Notes: generated from the letters alone by a model not told the origin. DNA of 64,000 bases from an uncultured Gemmatimonadaceae bacterium (GCA_963781585.1 CAWAGQ010000004.1:416001-480000); one strand, 5' to 3'. Numbered from the stretch's first letter, positions 42,739-53,236 are shown. Numbers and translations: made by a program.

Positions 42739-44408
42739 TGCGCGTTTTCGACTGGCCGTGGTTCACTCCGCTCGCGCTCATGCTCGCGGCCGGCGCAGCC
42801 GCCGTGGTGGTGTTCGGTTTCCGGCGTCGGCTGGCCCGCCTAACGCGACTTGGCGCGCGCGATCTGGTGCGCCGGCTGGTGCCGGCATCGGCGCTGGGAC
42901 GGCCCACCTGGCGGGCCACCCGGCTGGGGGGCGCGGCGCTGCTTGGACTGCTCGCCCTGGCCGGACCGCGCTGGGGTCAGGAGCGCAACGTCATGCGTGG
43001 CGAAGGCATCGACATGGTGCTGGCGCTCGATGCGTCGCTGTCCATGCTGGCGACCGATGAGCAGCCCAACCGCCTGGAACGCATGAAGCAGGAGGTGCGA
43101 CGGCTGCGAGCGCAGTCGCGCGGCGACCGCATCGCGCTCCTGGCCTTTGCCGGCCGCAGCTACATTCTCACCCCCCTCACGGTCGACGACGGTGCCCTCG
43201 ACCTCTTTCTCGACAATCTGGACCCGTCGATCGTGGGATTGGCCGGCAGCTCGCTGTCACGCACGATCGCGCAGGGCGTCGATCTCCTCCAGTCGAGCCA
43301 CAGCGCGAGCGACCGCGCCATCGTCGTGATGAGCGACGGCGAGGCCTTCGAGGACGAACAGGACATCGTCGATGCGGCCAACCGCGCGGGTCAGGCAGGC
43401 ATCGCACTGGTCACCGTGGGGTTCGGCACCACCCAGGGATCGACGATTCCCCTGCGTCAGGGGTCGCAGGTCGTTCTCAAGCGCGATGCGAACAATGAAA
43501 TCGTCGTGACCCGATACCAGCCGGGATTGCTCGAGGCGGCCGCGCGGGCGGCCGGCGGCACCTTCATATCCGCGTCGGAAACGGACAAGGCATCGCGGAT
43601 CCGTGCCGCGCTGCAATCGCTCCGCACCGCCGGCCGCTCCGTGGAGGCAGGACGCACCGAGACGCCGCGATACCAGTTCTTCCTGTTGCCGGCGCTGTTG
43701 CTGGTGCTGCTGGATCTGTGGAACGCCGAGCGCGGCGAGCGAAGACCGTCCGCCGCTGCCGCGGCCGTCACCGCCAGTCTTCTGCTCACCAGCAGCTGTG
43801 CGATGCCCGGCGGTGTGGTAACGGACGCCGCGCGTGCGTACCGCGCTGGGCACTACGCGTCGTCGGCACGCCTGTATCGGAGCGCAATCGATCGCGGCGA
43901 CCGTCGGCTTGCGGTCATGTACGATCTGGGCACCGCAATGGTCGCGGCCGACTCGAACGCAACTGCGGTCGAGCCACTGGAGCGCGTGGCCAAGGCCGAG
44001 GAGGCGGAACTGCGGTATCGCTCGCTCTTCAATCTTGGGCTCGCGCACCTGAAGCGCGGCCTGACGGGGGCAGATGGCGCCGATAGCACGCGGCAGGAGC
44101 TCGATGGAGCGCTGGATGCCTACAAGCACGCCCTGCTCATGCAGCCGGACGATCTCGACGCGAAGTGGAATTACGAGCTCGCGCTGCGGAAGCGGCAGTC
44201 CGGGGGTGGCGGAGGGGGCGGCGGTGAGTCGCAGAGCGGCGGCGCCAGCGCGCCGGAACCGTCCCAGGCAGAACGTCCGAGCGGCGGCCTGGGCCAGCAA
44301 CAGGCCGAGCAACTGCTCAACAGCGCCGCACGCGAGGAGCGCGCGGTGCAGGGCCGCAAACAGCACGACGCGAAGTCCCAAACGCCCCCGGGCGGGAAAG
44401 ACTGGTGA
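42738..44408 (+). CDS. VWA (BatB-like) and TPR (BatC-like) fusion
   Basis: LAGPRWG, DASLS MIDAS, PLT, SDGE; then YDLG/FNLG TPRs, DAKWNYELA, Q/G-rich tail ending KDW. Confidence 0.85.
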   Translation: MRVFDWPWFTPLALMLAAGAAAVVVFGFRRRLARLTRLGARDLVRRLVPASALGRPTWRATRLGGAALLGLLALAGPRWGQERNVMRGEGIDMVLALDASLSMLATDEQPNRLERMKQEVRRLRAQSRGDRIALLAFAGRSYILTPLTVDDGALDLFLDNLDPSIVGLAGSSLSRTIAQGVDLLQSSHSASDRAIVVMSDGEAFEDEQDIVDAANRAGQAGIALVTVGFGTTQGSTIPLRQGSQVVLKRDANNEIVVTRYQPGLLEAAARAAGGTFISASETDKASRIRAALQSLRTAGRSVEAGRTETPRYQFFLLPALLLVLLDLWNAERGERRPSAAAAAVTASLLLTSSCAMPGGVVTDAARAYRAGHYASSARLYRSAIDRGDRRLAVMYDLGTAMVAADSNATAVEPLERVAKAEEAELRYRSLFNLGLAHLKRGLTGADGADSTRQELDGALDAYKHALLMQPDDLDAKWNYELALRKRQSGGGGGGGGESQSGGASAPEPSQAERPSGGLGQQQAEQLLNSAAREERAVQGRKQHDAKSQTPPGGKDW

Positions 44409-46531
44409 GCCGGCACGCGCGCATTCTCGCAGCGGTGGTATCGCTCGCGCGCCCCGCGCTCGCGATCTCGCAGGCGGTGGACAGCGTCGTACCGCGGACC
44501 GCTCCCGACATCGTTGGCCGCGCCCACGTCGATCCGCGACAGGACATCGCGTTCCAGGCGCTCGCCTTTCCCGAGACGGTGTACGTCGGACAACAGGCGA
44601 CCTACCAGGTCGGCGTGTTTCTCAGCGACGAGATTCGCGCGCGCCTCCGGCACAATCCCGAGTTCGTGCCCCCGGAAGTCCGATCCATGCTGGCCTTCGA
44701 CCTGCCGTCTCCGGCGAATGCCGCGGTGCGGGACATCGGAACGCGTCGCTACGATGTGCACGTCTTCCAGCGGGCCCTGTTTCCGCTGACGGCGGGGCGT
44801 CAGGTGATTCCCTCGGCACGTTTGAACTACGCGCTGCCCCTGAGCAACTCGTTCTTTGCACGCGAGGAGAGCCACTCCGAAGCCAGTGGGGCGGTCGTGA
44901 TCGTCGCGCGCGAGCCGCCGGCGAACGGACGCCCCGCCGACTATCGTGGTGCGGTCGGGCGCCTCACGATTTCGACGCGCGTCGACGGCAAGGGCGCGCG
45001 GGTGGGAGATCCATTCCGCTTCACGGTGTCGGTGGACGGCGTGGGCAATGTCACGCTGCTCCCGCGGCCGGATCTTCGCATCGCCTGGGCCGACGTGGTG
45101 TCGGGAGGCGAGCGCGTTCAGCTCGATACCACGGCGGTACTGCTGCGCGGACGAAAGGACTTCGACTGGGTCGTCACGCCTCGTCAGGCAGGTGGACTGT
45201 CCGTGCCCGCCGTGCGGTATCCATTCTTCAATCCGTACACCGAGCGCTACGAGGTCGCGTTCAGCCCGCCGGACACGCTCACGGTGGGACCGGGAGAGAT
45301 CGCGGTCGCGCAGTCCGCCGACAACCAGGCCGAGCCGGCGCTCCCCATCCGTCGGATCTACGGTGGCGAACAGCCGCTGCCGCTTCCATCGCACTCGGGG
45401 TTCTGGCTGCTGATGGCGCTCGCACCGCTCCCCGCGCTGGCCATCGCCAGCACGCGGCGCCCCGTGGTGCGCAAGGCCGCCCCATCCCATGCCGCCACCC
45501 TTCGCGCGCTTGCTTCGGCGGCCGGTCCGGTGGATCCGGGCGCCCTGCGACGGGCCTACGCCGCCGCCATTGCCTCACGAGTCATGACCACATCGGCGGC
45601 GATGTCCAGTCATGTCGAGCTGGTGCGGGTGCTGCGACACGCCGGCGTCTCGGAGCGCACCGCGCTCGAGGCCGAGCGCTTGCTGGCCGAGCTCGACGCG
45701 GTCGTCTTCGGTCAGACGGGGACCCTCGCTCCCGGGGCCGAGCGGCGGGCTTACGACCTGGCCCGCGCCGTGGACCTGGAAGCGAGGGCCCGCCACGACC
45801 TGGCTGTCCGCGCCGGGCGGCTGGCGACACTGCTGCTGATGGTCGTCGCGGCAGGGGCGGTGGCCGCGGGAGTCGACACGGTGGGGGCACGGATCTTCTC
45901 GGAGGGCGTGCAGCAGTACGACGCCCGGCAGTTCGCCGAGGCCCGCGGCAGCTTCTTTGATCTGGCGCGGGCCCGGCCGCGCGCCGCCGACGCCTGGATG
46001 AACTTCGGGACCGCCTCGTGGCTGGCGCACGACACGGCGGCCGCCGTGGTCGGCTGGCAGCGCGCCGCGCGTCTGCAACCCACCGCCGCCGACGTCAGGC
46101 AGGGGCTGGCCCTGGCGCCGGGCTTTCGCGACGGGTGGCTTGGCGACATTCCACCAGTCTCGCTGACGACGCTCGCGTTGGCAGGGGGGCTGGCCTGGCT
46201 GGTCGGGTGGGGGCTGATCACGCAGCGAGTCCGGCGCCGTCACCCGCATCCGCTGCGGGTGGGCGCCGGCGCGATCGCCGGGGCGGCCGTCTGTCTCGTT
46301 GCCGGCCTGGTGCAGCGCGACACCCTCGATGGACGCAACGCGGCGGTGGTGGTGAGTGCGGCGCAGTTGCGAAACGGGCCCGCGCTCGGCGCAGAAACCG
46401 GGGCCGAGACGATTGCCGGTGAATCGGTGCGCATCATCGGCCGACAGGGCGTCTGGACGCGCGTACGTCTGTCGGATGGGCGGCGCGGCTGGGTGGAATC
46501 CCAGCGCGTGCAGTCGGTTGGCGTTGAGTAG
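44405..46531 (+). CDS. BatD-like protein fused to TPR and SH3 (BatE-like)
   Basis: VYVGQQ, GAVG, YPFFNP; TPR AWMNFG; SH3 WTRVRLSDGRRGWV. Confidence 0.8.
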   Translation: MSRHARILAAVVSLARPALAISQAVDSVVPRTAPDIVGRAHVDPRQDIAFQALAFPETVYVGQQATYQVGVFLSDEIRARLRHNPEFVPPEVRSMLAFDLPSPANAAVRDIGTRRYDVHVFQRALFPLTAGRQVIPSARLNYALPLSNSFFAREESHSEASGAVVIVAREPPANGRPADYRGAVGRLTISTRVDGKGARVGDPFRFTVSVDGVGNVTLLPRPDLRIAWADVVSGGERVQLDTTAVLLRGRKDFDWVVTPRQAGGLSVPAVRYPFFNPYTERYEVAFSPPDTLTVGPGEIAVAQSADNQAEPALPIRRIYGGEQPLPLPSHSGFWLLMALAPLPALAIASTRRPVVRKAAPSHAATLRALASAAGPVDPGALRRAYAAAIASRVMTTSAAMSSHVELVRVLRHAGVSERTALEAERLLAELDAVVFGQTGTLAPGAERRAYDLARAVDLEARARHDLAVRAGRLATLLLMVVAAGAVAAGVDTVGARIFSEGVQQYDARQFAEARGSFFDLARARPRAADAWMNFGTASWLAHDTAAAVVGWQRAARLQPTAADVRQGLALAPGFRDGWLGDIPPVSLTTLALAGGLAWLVGWGLITQRVRRRHPHPLRVGAGAIAGAAVCLVAGLVQRDTLDGRNAAVVVSAAQLRNGPALGAETGAETIAGESVRIIGRQGVWTRVRLSDGRRGWVESQRVQSVGVE

Positions 46532-46605
46532 GGCGCGCGGGACGGTTACGCTTCGACGTCCTCGCATCGCCGCGTGCGTCTTCGTCCGAGTGTTTCCGGA
46601 GCTCC

Positions 46606-48345
46606 GTGTCCCGCATCGCTGTCCTGCCGAGTACCGTCGCCGACCAGATTGCCGCGGGTGAGGTGGTCGAGCGGCCGGCATCGGCGGTAAAGGAACTCCT
46701 CGAGAACGCGATCGACGCGGGCGCCACGTCCGTCGACGTGGAGATCGAGGATGGTGGGCGCGCCCTGGTGCGGGTCAGCGACGATGGATGCGGGATGGAC
46801 CGCGCCGACGCACTGCTTGCACTGGAGCGTCACGCGACATCGAAGATCCGGGCTGCGTCGGATCTGGTGGGAGTCTCCAGCTTCGGATTCCGCGGCGAAG
46901 CCCTTCCCGCGATCTGTTCGGTGTCGCGCCTCGAGTTGACGACCGCCACGGCCGACGGAGCCGGCGTGCTGGTGCGGGCGGCTGGCGGGGTCCGGGAGAG
47001 CGTGGAGACCGCGGCCCGGAGACGCGGCACGACGGTCAGTGTGGCTGACGTGTTCTACAACACGCCGGCACGCCGCAAATTCCTGCGCTCGGCCCGCTCC
47101 GAGTGGCGCTCGGTGCTGGAGACGATCACCGCGGTCGCGCTCGCGCGTTGCGATGTTCGCCTTCGCGTCACCGTCGACGGACGCGAGGCCGTGTCGCTCC
47201 CTCCCGCGCGCACGCTCCGGGAGCGCGTTGCTGCGCTTTGGGGGAACGCCTGGGCGGCTCGGTTCGTGGACGTGGATGCAGTCGTGGGTCCCGTTCGCGT
47301 CACGGGCCTGGTGGAGCGGCCCGGCGACGCCGGGACGTCCTCGCGCCGCGTGTCCGTGCTGGTGAACGGCCGGGCGGTGCGGGATTTCGGCCTGGTGCGG
47401 GGTGCCGAGGCGGCGTATCGGTCGGCGATTGCCCCCGGTGTGCGCCCGTCGCTGGTGCTCGCGATCGTGCTGCCGGGGGATGCGGTGGATGTGAACGTGC
47501 ATCCCGCCAAGGTGGAGGTTCGCTTTCACGATCGTTTCGGACTGGAGCGTGCGGTGGAGCAGGCGGTCCGTCGGGCGCTCGGCACCGCCGACAGCGTGGC
47601 CTCCCTCGGCGCGGGCATCATGACGTGGTCGCCCCGATCCTCGACGGTGGGACCGGCGGCCTCCGTCCTGTCACAGCTTCCCGCTGTCTCGGTGTCTCCG
47701 CTGTTCGCGCCGCCGGACTCGGACCCGACACCCGACGCCCGCGGACCAGGAAGCGATGCCGCAGTCAATGGGGAAGCGCCGTGGCAGCTCGTGCAGCTGC
47801 GGCGTGCGTACCTCCTGTACGAACATGAAGATGGAGTGGTGCTCATCGATCAGCACTCGGCGCACGAGCGGATCCTGTACGAGCGGTTTCTGCGGGAGCT
47901 GGAGCAGGGGAATGCACCCTCGCAGCGCTTGCTGCTCCCGGATACGCTGCATCTGTCGCCTGACGAGGCGGAAGCGCTGGATCGGCATGGCGAGGCGCTC
48001 GCACGCCTCGGGTACGAGCTGGAGCCGTTTGGCGGCCACTCGGTGATCGTGCGCGCGGTGCCGGCGCCCCATCCGCGCTTCGACGCGATCCGCTGCCTTC
48101 GCGAGACACTGCAGGGACTGAGCGGCGATCGCGGCGCCTCGGTGCACGCGCGACATGAGCGGTTGGTGGCCACCATCGCCTGCAAGGCGGCGGTGAAGGC
48201 GGGGGACGCACTCTCTCCCGAGGAGATGCGCGCGCTGTACCGGGCGCTCGCGTCCACAGCCCTGCCGGCCCACGACGTGCACGGGCGGGCGGCCATGGTC
48301 CGTCTGACCTGGGATGAGCTCGATCGACGCTTCGGGCGTCGTTAG
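46606..48345 (+). CDS. mutL: DNA mismatch repair protein MutL
   Basis: IAAGEVVERPAS, GFRGEAL, DVNVHPAK, endonuclease motif DQHSAHER, ACK. Confidence 0.96.
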   Translation: MSRIAVLPSTVADQIAAGEVVERPASAVKELLENAIDAGATSVDVEIEDGGRALVRVSDDGCGMDRADALLALERHATSKIRAASDLVGVSSFGFRGEALPAICSVSRLELTTATADGAGVLVRAAGGVRESVETAARRRGTTVSVADVFYNTPARRKFLRSARSEWRSVLETITAVALARCDVRLRVTVDGREAVSLPPARTLRERVAALWGNAWAARFVDVDAVVGPVRVTGLVERPGDAGTSSRRVSVLVNGRAVRDFGLVRGAEAAYRSAIAPGVRPSLVLAIVLPGDAVDVNVHPAKVEVRFHDRFGLERAVEQAVRRALGTADSVASLGAGIMTWSPRSSTVGPAASVLSQLPAVSVSPLFAPPDSDPTPDARGPGSDAAVNGEAPWQLVQLRRAYLLYEHEDGVVLIDQHSAHERILYERFLRELEQGNAPSQRLLLPDTLHLSPDEAEALDRHGEALARLGYELEPFGGHSVIVRAVPAPHPRFDAIRCLRETLQGLSGDRGASVHARHERLVATIACKAAVKAGDALSPEEMRALYRALASTALPAHDVHGRAAMVRLTWDELDRRFGRR

Positions 48346-49246
48346 GCTCCGCGTCATCTGCGGCCCCACGGGCGCCGGGAAGTCGGCGCTGGCGCTGCGC
48401 CTGGCGGCGGGCCGCGGCGGGGCGATTCTGTCCGCTGATTCGCGACAGATCTACCGCGGGTTCGACATCGGGACCGCCAAGCCGTCGTCCGCCGAGCGCG
48501 CTACGGTGCCGCATTTCGGCATCGACCTGGTCGACCCGATGGCGCGCTACTCGGCGGCGGAGTGGGCGGCGGCGGTCCCCGAATGGCTCGCGGCCTGTCG
48601 CGGCCTCGGGCGCCAGCCGGTGATCGTCGGCGGCACCGGGTTCTATCTGCGCGCGCTGTTTTCGCCCCTGTTCGAGGCGCCGACGGTGGATCTGTCGCGT
48701 CGCGACGCGCTGGCGGGCCATCTGCACGGGTTCGAAACCGATGCCCTCCGTCGGTGGTGCCGGGTGCTGGACCCGCGGCGCGCCCACCTCGGTCGGGCAC
48801 AGCTGTTGCGCGCCGTCGAAACCGCGGTCCTGACGGGCCAGCGCATCAGCGATCTGCACGTCGTACGATCCCGCGCGCCGCGCTACACCGCCCGCTATCT
48901 TCTGATGGATCCGGGTCGCGCGCTCGCCGGCACGATTGCCGAGCGCACCGATCGGATGTTGGCCGCCGGCTGGCTCGATGAGGTGCGCGCCCTGGTGGCG
49001 CGGATCCGGCCCGACGCACCGGCGTGGACAGCCACCGGCTACGACGCGTTGCGTGACGTCGTGGCCGGCGTGTGCACCCTCCAGCAGGCACGGGAATCGA
49101 TCGTCATGCGGACGCACCGCTACGCCAGGCGACAACGCACCTGGTTCCGCCATCAGCTCGAGGCGTCATGGACCACGCTGCTCGAACCACACGACGAGGG
49201 CGCGCTCGCGCGGGCGTCAGACTGGTGGGACGAGGGCGCCGCCTGA
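48314..49246 (+). CDS. miaA: tRNA dimethylallyltransferase
   Basis: GPTGAGKS, DSRQIYRGFDIGTAKP, VGGTGFY, YARRQRTWF. Confidence 0.95.
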   Translation: MSSIDASGVVRLRVICGPTGAGKSALALRLAAGRGGAILSADSRQIYRGFDIGTAKPSSAERATVPHFGIDLVDPMARYSAAEWAAAVPEWLAACRGLGRQPVIVGGTGFYLRALFSPLFEAPTVDLSRRDALAGHLHGFETDALRRWCRVLDPRRAHLGRAQLLRAVETAVLTGQRISDLHVVRSRAPRYTARYLLMDPGRALAGTIAERTDRMLAAGWLDEVRALVARIRPDAPAWTATGYDALRDVVAGVCTLQQARESIVMRTHRYARRQRTWFRHQLEASWTTLLEPHDEGALARASDWWDEGAA

Positions 49247-50406
49247 TGCGCATCGGCATCACCTGCTATCCGACATACGGCGGATCGGGCGCCATGGCCA
49301 CCGAACTGGGCATCGCGCTGGCTCAGCGTGGGCACGAGGTGCACTTCATCACCTACAAGCAGCCCTTCCGGCTCCCCGCCTTTCTCCCCGGGGTGTTCTT
49401 CCACGAGGTGGACGTCGGGAAATATCCCCTGTTCGAGTATCCCCCGTACGACCTGGCGCTGGCGGTGCGGATGCACGAAGTGGTGCGGTCCCACGGGCTC
49501 GAGCTCCTCCACGTGCACTACGCCATTCCACACGCCACCAGTGCCTGGATCGCGCGCCAGATGCTGCGCGAGACGGGAGAGGACGTGACCCTGATGACTA
49601 CGCTGCACGGCACCGATATCACCATCGTCGGCCAGGACCACTCGTTCCACGCGATCACCAAGTTTTCCATCGAGAAGTCCGACGTCATCACCGCCGTGTC
49701 GCGGTTTCTGCGGGAAGAAACGATCTACACCTTCGGCTGCGCCGGCTGCGACGTGCACGTGGTGCACAACTTCGTCGACCCCGCCATCTACGACCGGTCG
49801 CGTTATCCACCGCTGTTGCGCGAACAGCTCGGCGGCCGGCCCATCATGATGCACGTCTCGAATTTCCGGGCGGTGAAACGGGTTCGCGACGTGGTGCGCA
49901 TCTTCGCCGCGGTCCGCGCCGAGTTGCCGAGCGCCCTGGTGATGGTCGGCGATGGCCCGGACCGGGTCGACGCCGAAGAAGAGGCGCAGACCCTCGGCGT
50001 CGCCGGCGACGTGCATTTTCTGGGGCGCATCGACGACGTCGCGCCCCTGCTGGCATCCGCAGACCTGTTCCTCCTTCCCAGCAATCGCGAATCCTTTGGT
50101 CTGAGCGCGCTCGAAGCGCTCGCAACGGGTGTCCCGGTCATCGGCAGTCTGGCCGGTGGGTTGCCGGAGGTCGTTCGGGATGGCGAGACCGGCGTGCTGC
50201 GCCCGGTGGGCGATGTGGCGGGGATGGCGGGTGCTGCTCTCGAGATGCTCGGCGACCGCGCGCGCTGGGGCGAAATGAGCCAGCGCGCGAGCGCCGACGC
50301 GAGGCGGCGGTTCTCGCGCGATGAGATCGTCTCGGAGTACGTGGCGCTCTACGAGCGAGCCGTCACCGGACGCGCCTCGGTACCTGCCTCCGCGGGGGCG
50401 TCATGA
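49246..50406 (+). CDS. bshA: N-acetyl-alpha-D-glucosaminyl L-malate synthase
   Basis: MRIGITCYPTYGGSG, HVHYAIPHA, TTLHGTDIT, HVSNFRAVKR, ESFGL. Confidence 0.9.
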   Translation: MRIGITCYPTYGGSGAMATELGIALAQRGHEVHFITYKQPFRLPAFLPGVFFHEVDVGKYPLFEYPPYDLALAVRMHEVVRSHGLELLHVHYAIPHATSAWIARQMLRETGEDVTLMTTLHGTDITIVGQDHSFHAITKFSIEKSDVITAVSRFLREETIYTFGCAGCDVHVVHNFVDPAIYDRSRYPPLLREQLGGRPIMMHVSNFRAVKRVRDVVRIFAAVRAELPSALVMVGDGPDRVDAEEEAQTLGVAGDVHFLGRIDDVAPLLASADLFLLPSNRESFGLSALEALATGVPVIGSLAGGLPEVVRDGETGVLRPVGDVAGMAGAALEMLGDRARWGEMSQRASADARRRFSRDEIVSEYVALYERAVTGRASVPASAGAS

Positions 50407-51206
50407 CCCTGCTCCAGGCGCTTGCGCTCGGACTCGTGCAGGGATTGTCCGAGTTCCTCCCCATCAGCAGTTCCGCCCACCTGACGCTCGTGCCGTGGCT
50501 GTTCGGGTGGACGGATCCCGGACTCGCTTTCGACGTGGCGCTCCACGTGGGCACGCTGGTCGCCGTGCTGTGGTACTTTCGCCGGGAATGGGTTGCCCTG
50601 CTGGGATCGTTCGCACGCATCGTAACCCATCGCAGAGTGCGCTCGCCCGACGAATGGCGCGTGGTGTTCCTGGTGGTTGGAACCGTTCCGGCCGTCATCG
50701 CGGGGGTCGCTCTCGAGAACCTCGCGGAGACCCGCTTCCGGTCGCCGGCGCTCATCGCGACTACGCTGATCGTGATGGGGATCATTCTCTGGTGGAGCGA
50801 TCGCTGGTCGCCTGCGGACCGGCCGCTCAGCGGCATGCGCTGGGCGGACGCGCTAGGGATCGGGATTGCCCAGGCCCTTTCGCTGGTGCCGGGCGTCTCC
50901 CGATCCGGAGCGACGATCACCGGCGCCCGGCTGCTGCGCTTCGATCGACAGAGCGCTGCCGTATTCAGTTTTCTCCTCAGTCTTCCCGTTACGGCCGGCG
51001 CCGCTGTCCTCAAGGCGCCGGAAGCCCTCCGCACCGCCTCCGAGGTACGGCTTCTGGCGGTAGGGGTCCTGGCCGCCGCTGTCAGCAGCTGGATCGCCAT
51101 CGCGGTGCTTCTCCGATTCGTGGTGCGGCACAGCTACGGGATCTTCGCGCTGTATCGAGTGCTGCTCGGTGCGGCGGTGCTGCTGGTCGTGGCGGTGCGT
51201 GCCTGA
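50403..51206 (+). CDS. uppP: Undecaprenyl-diphosphate phosphatase
   Basis: QGLSEFLPISSSAH, PGVSRSGATI. Confidence 0.94.
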   Translation: MTLLQALALGLVQGLSEFLPISSSAHLTLVPWLFGWTDPGLAFDVALHVGTLVAVLWYFRREWVALLGSFARIVTHRRVRSPDEWRVVFLVVGTVPAVIAGVALENLAETRFRSPALIATTLIVMGIILWWSDRWSPADRPLSGMRWADALGIGIAQALSLVPGVSRSGATITGARLLRFDRQSAAVFSFLLSLPVTAGAAVLKAPEALRTASEVRLLAVGVLAAAVSSWIAIAVLLRFVVRHSYGIFALYRVLLGAAVLLVVAVRA

Positions 51207-51960
51207 CCTGGTGCAGGGCGCCCTCTACGAGCGGCGCGCGCCAAACGACCTCGCCTTCCAACTCGGCGTTGCCCGGGTGGTTGTGTTCGACGAGGTCGAT
51301 TCCACGATGGACGTGGCCCACCGGCTGGCGATGGCTGGTGCCGCTCCCGGGACAGTGGTCGTGGCCGACGCTCAGACGGCAGGCCGGGGGCGTAGCGGAC
51401 GACGCTGGGTTTCGCCGCCCGGCGCGGGGATCTGGTGCACCCTGATCGAACGTCCGAACGACCCGCGCGCGGTCGACGTGCTCTCGCTTCGCGTCGGACT
51501 GCAGGCGGCCCACGCGCTCGATCGGTTTGCCGGGGCCGAGGTGGGGCTCAAGTGGCCTAACGACCTGTACCTGCACGGCGCCAAGCTTGGCGGCGTGCTG
51601 GTGGAAGGCCGATGGCGGGACGGCCGCCTCGATTGGGTGGCGGTGGGGATCGGCGTCAACTGCCTCGCGCCACCCGGTGTGGCGCACAGCGCGGTGCTGG
51701 GCGCCGGCACCGATCGCGTGGAGGTGTTGGCGGAACTCGTGCCGGCTGTGCGCGCGGCCGCAGCCGCACGCGGCCATCTCTCGGACCGTGAGCTCGCGGC
51801 GTTCGCCCGGCGGGACGTGGCTGCCGGATCACCGTGCGTGGAACCGCGGGCGGGTCGGGTCGCCGGCATCGCCGCCGACGGAGCGTTACTGGTCGTGACG
51901 GCGGCTGGCGTGGTGCGCTGCCGGGAGGGTGGACTTCGCATGGAGGGCGATCCGTCATGA
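51199..51960 (+). CDS. birA: Biotin-protein ligase (no N-terminal HTH)
   Basis: DSTMD, QTAGRGRSGRRW, KWPND, KLGGVL, GIGVN. Confidence 0.92.
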   Translation: MPDLVQGALYERRAPNDLAFQLGVARVVVFDEVDSTMDVAHRLAMAGAAPGTVVVADAQTAGRGRSGRRWVSPPGAGIWCTLIERPNDPRAVDVLSLRVGLQAAHALDRFAGAEVGLKWPNDLYLHGAKLGGVLVEGRWRDGRLDWVAVGIGVNCLAPPGVAHSAVLGAGTDRVEVLAELVPAVRAAAAARGHLSDRELAAFARRDVAAGSPCVEPRAGRVAGIAADGALLVVTAAGVVRCREGGLRMEGDPS

Positions 51961-52736
51961 TACTCGTCTTCGACATCGGCAACACCGAGACGACGCTCGG
52001 CCTGTTTGATGGCGAGGTGCTCCGTGCCCACTGGCGCATCGTCACTGATGTCTCACGCACGCCCGACGAACTGGCGCTCGTGCTGCGAGGCCTGCTCGCG
52101 GCGCGCGACGCCGCGCCGTCCGGGGTCACCGGGTGCGCGATCGCGTCGGTCGTGCCGGCGCTGACCGAGCCCCTGTCGGAGGCGTGTCGGGCCCTCTTTG
52201 GCGGCGATCCGATTGTGGTCGATGCCAGCGCCGCGCTGCCTATCACGCTGGATGTTCTGGAGCCCCTGACGGTGGGTGCGGACCGGATCGTGAACACGCT
52301 GGCCGCCAGTCGGCTGCTGGAGCGCGACACGATCGTCGTGGATCTGGGTACGGCCACCACCTTCGATTGCATCACAGCGGATGGCGTATTCCTGGGGGGC
52401 GTGATCGCACCGGGGGTGCGTTCATCCGCCGAGACGCTGTTTCGGAGGACCTCGAAACTCCCGGCCACCGAGCTGGCGGCCCCCGACCGCGTGATCGGAC
52501 GGCGCACTGAGGACTGTATCCGCTCCGGCGTTGTTTACGGCGCCGCCGAAGCGGTCGATGGCATCGTGAGGCGGATCAAGGGCGAGTGGCCGACGCCCCG
52601 GGTACCGATCGTGGTGGCCACCGGCGGCCTCGCACACCTCATTCAGCCCCACTGTCGCGAGGTGGAGCGCCTGGAGCCCAATCTGACCCTGGTAGGGCTC
52701 CGGCTGGCCCACGAGATCATCAGCGCTTCGCGTTAG
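51957..52736 (+). CDS. coaX: Type III pantothenate kinase
   Basis: DIGNT, VGADR, VDLGTATTFD, ATGG. Confidence 0.94.
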   Translation: MILVFDIGNTETTLGLFDGEVLRAHWRIVTDVSRTPDELALVLRGLLAARDAAPSGVTGCAIASVVPALTEPLSEACRALFGGDPIVVDASAALPITLDVLEPLTVGADRIVNTLAASRLLERDTIVVDLGTATTFDCITADGVFLGGVIAPGVRSSAETLFRRTSKLPATELAAPDRVIGRRTEDCIRSGVVYGAAEAVDGIVRRIKGEWPTPRVPIVVATGGLAHLIQPHCREVERLEPNLTLVGLRLAHEIISASR

Positions 52737-52750
52737 GCGCTGGAAGTACG

Positions 52751-52838
52751 TGTCGGTTGTCGGTCATCCGTTATGGCCTCTCGGGTTGCGGTCGTCAGTA
52801 TGGCGCTTTCAGCGACCAACGGACGACTGAAAACCGAC
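52751..52838. repeat. Degenerate heptamer repeats forming an imperfect inverted repeat
   Basis: TGTCGGT TGTCGGT CATCCGT ... AACGGAC GACTGAA AACCGAC (18/21 complementary). Confidence 0.55.
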
Positions 52839-53127
52839 GGCGGTGAGCACCTTGGTGCTGGACGCGATCGCGAAAAGCGTGGCCGTACCGACCGGATCCG
52901 GCTTCGCGGTCTCGCGAACGCCGCTTCCGGGGGCTGACCGCACCGGGCGACGAGCGTCGGACCGATCGGACCGGATCGGGGGCCACCTTGGGCCACGTAC
53001 GTACGACCGGAAGTCCATCATTTCAAAGTCGTTACCGGTCCGGCGCACGCGACCGGCACCGAGTGCATGTCTGTAAGCGGTTGATTGTCAATGGGTTAAT
53101 TAAGATGTTCGAAGCCCATTGATCCAC

Positions 53128-53156
53128 TTGACGCCCACCCAGAGAGGGGCTACCAT
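53128..53156 (+). promoter_or_regulatory. sigma70 promoter of groESL
   Basis: TTGACG-N17-TACCAT immediately before CIRCE. Confidence 0.75.
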
Positions 53157-53164
53157 TAGGGCTG

Positions 53165-53191
53165 CTAGCACTCTCATATGGTGAGTGCTAA
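53165..53191 (+). promoter_or_regulatory. CIRCE element (HrcA operator)
   Basis: CTAGCACTC-N9-GAGTGCTAA, one mismatch to consensus. Confidence 0.93.
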
Positions 53192-53236
53192 CAAGCTTGT
53201 TTCCATCACGTTCCCATTGCAGGAGGGGTGCAGCTT

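Noticed and set aside
52843..53076. Short ORFs between coaX and groES
   Set aside because: No RBS or recognisable motif; the region reads as intergenic regulatory and repeat DNA.
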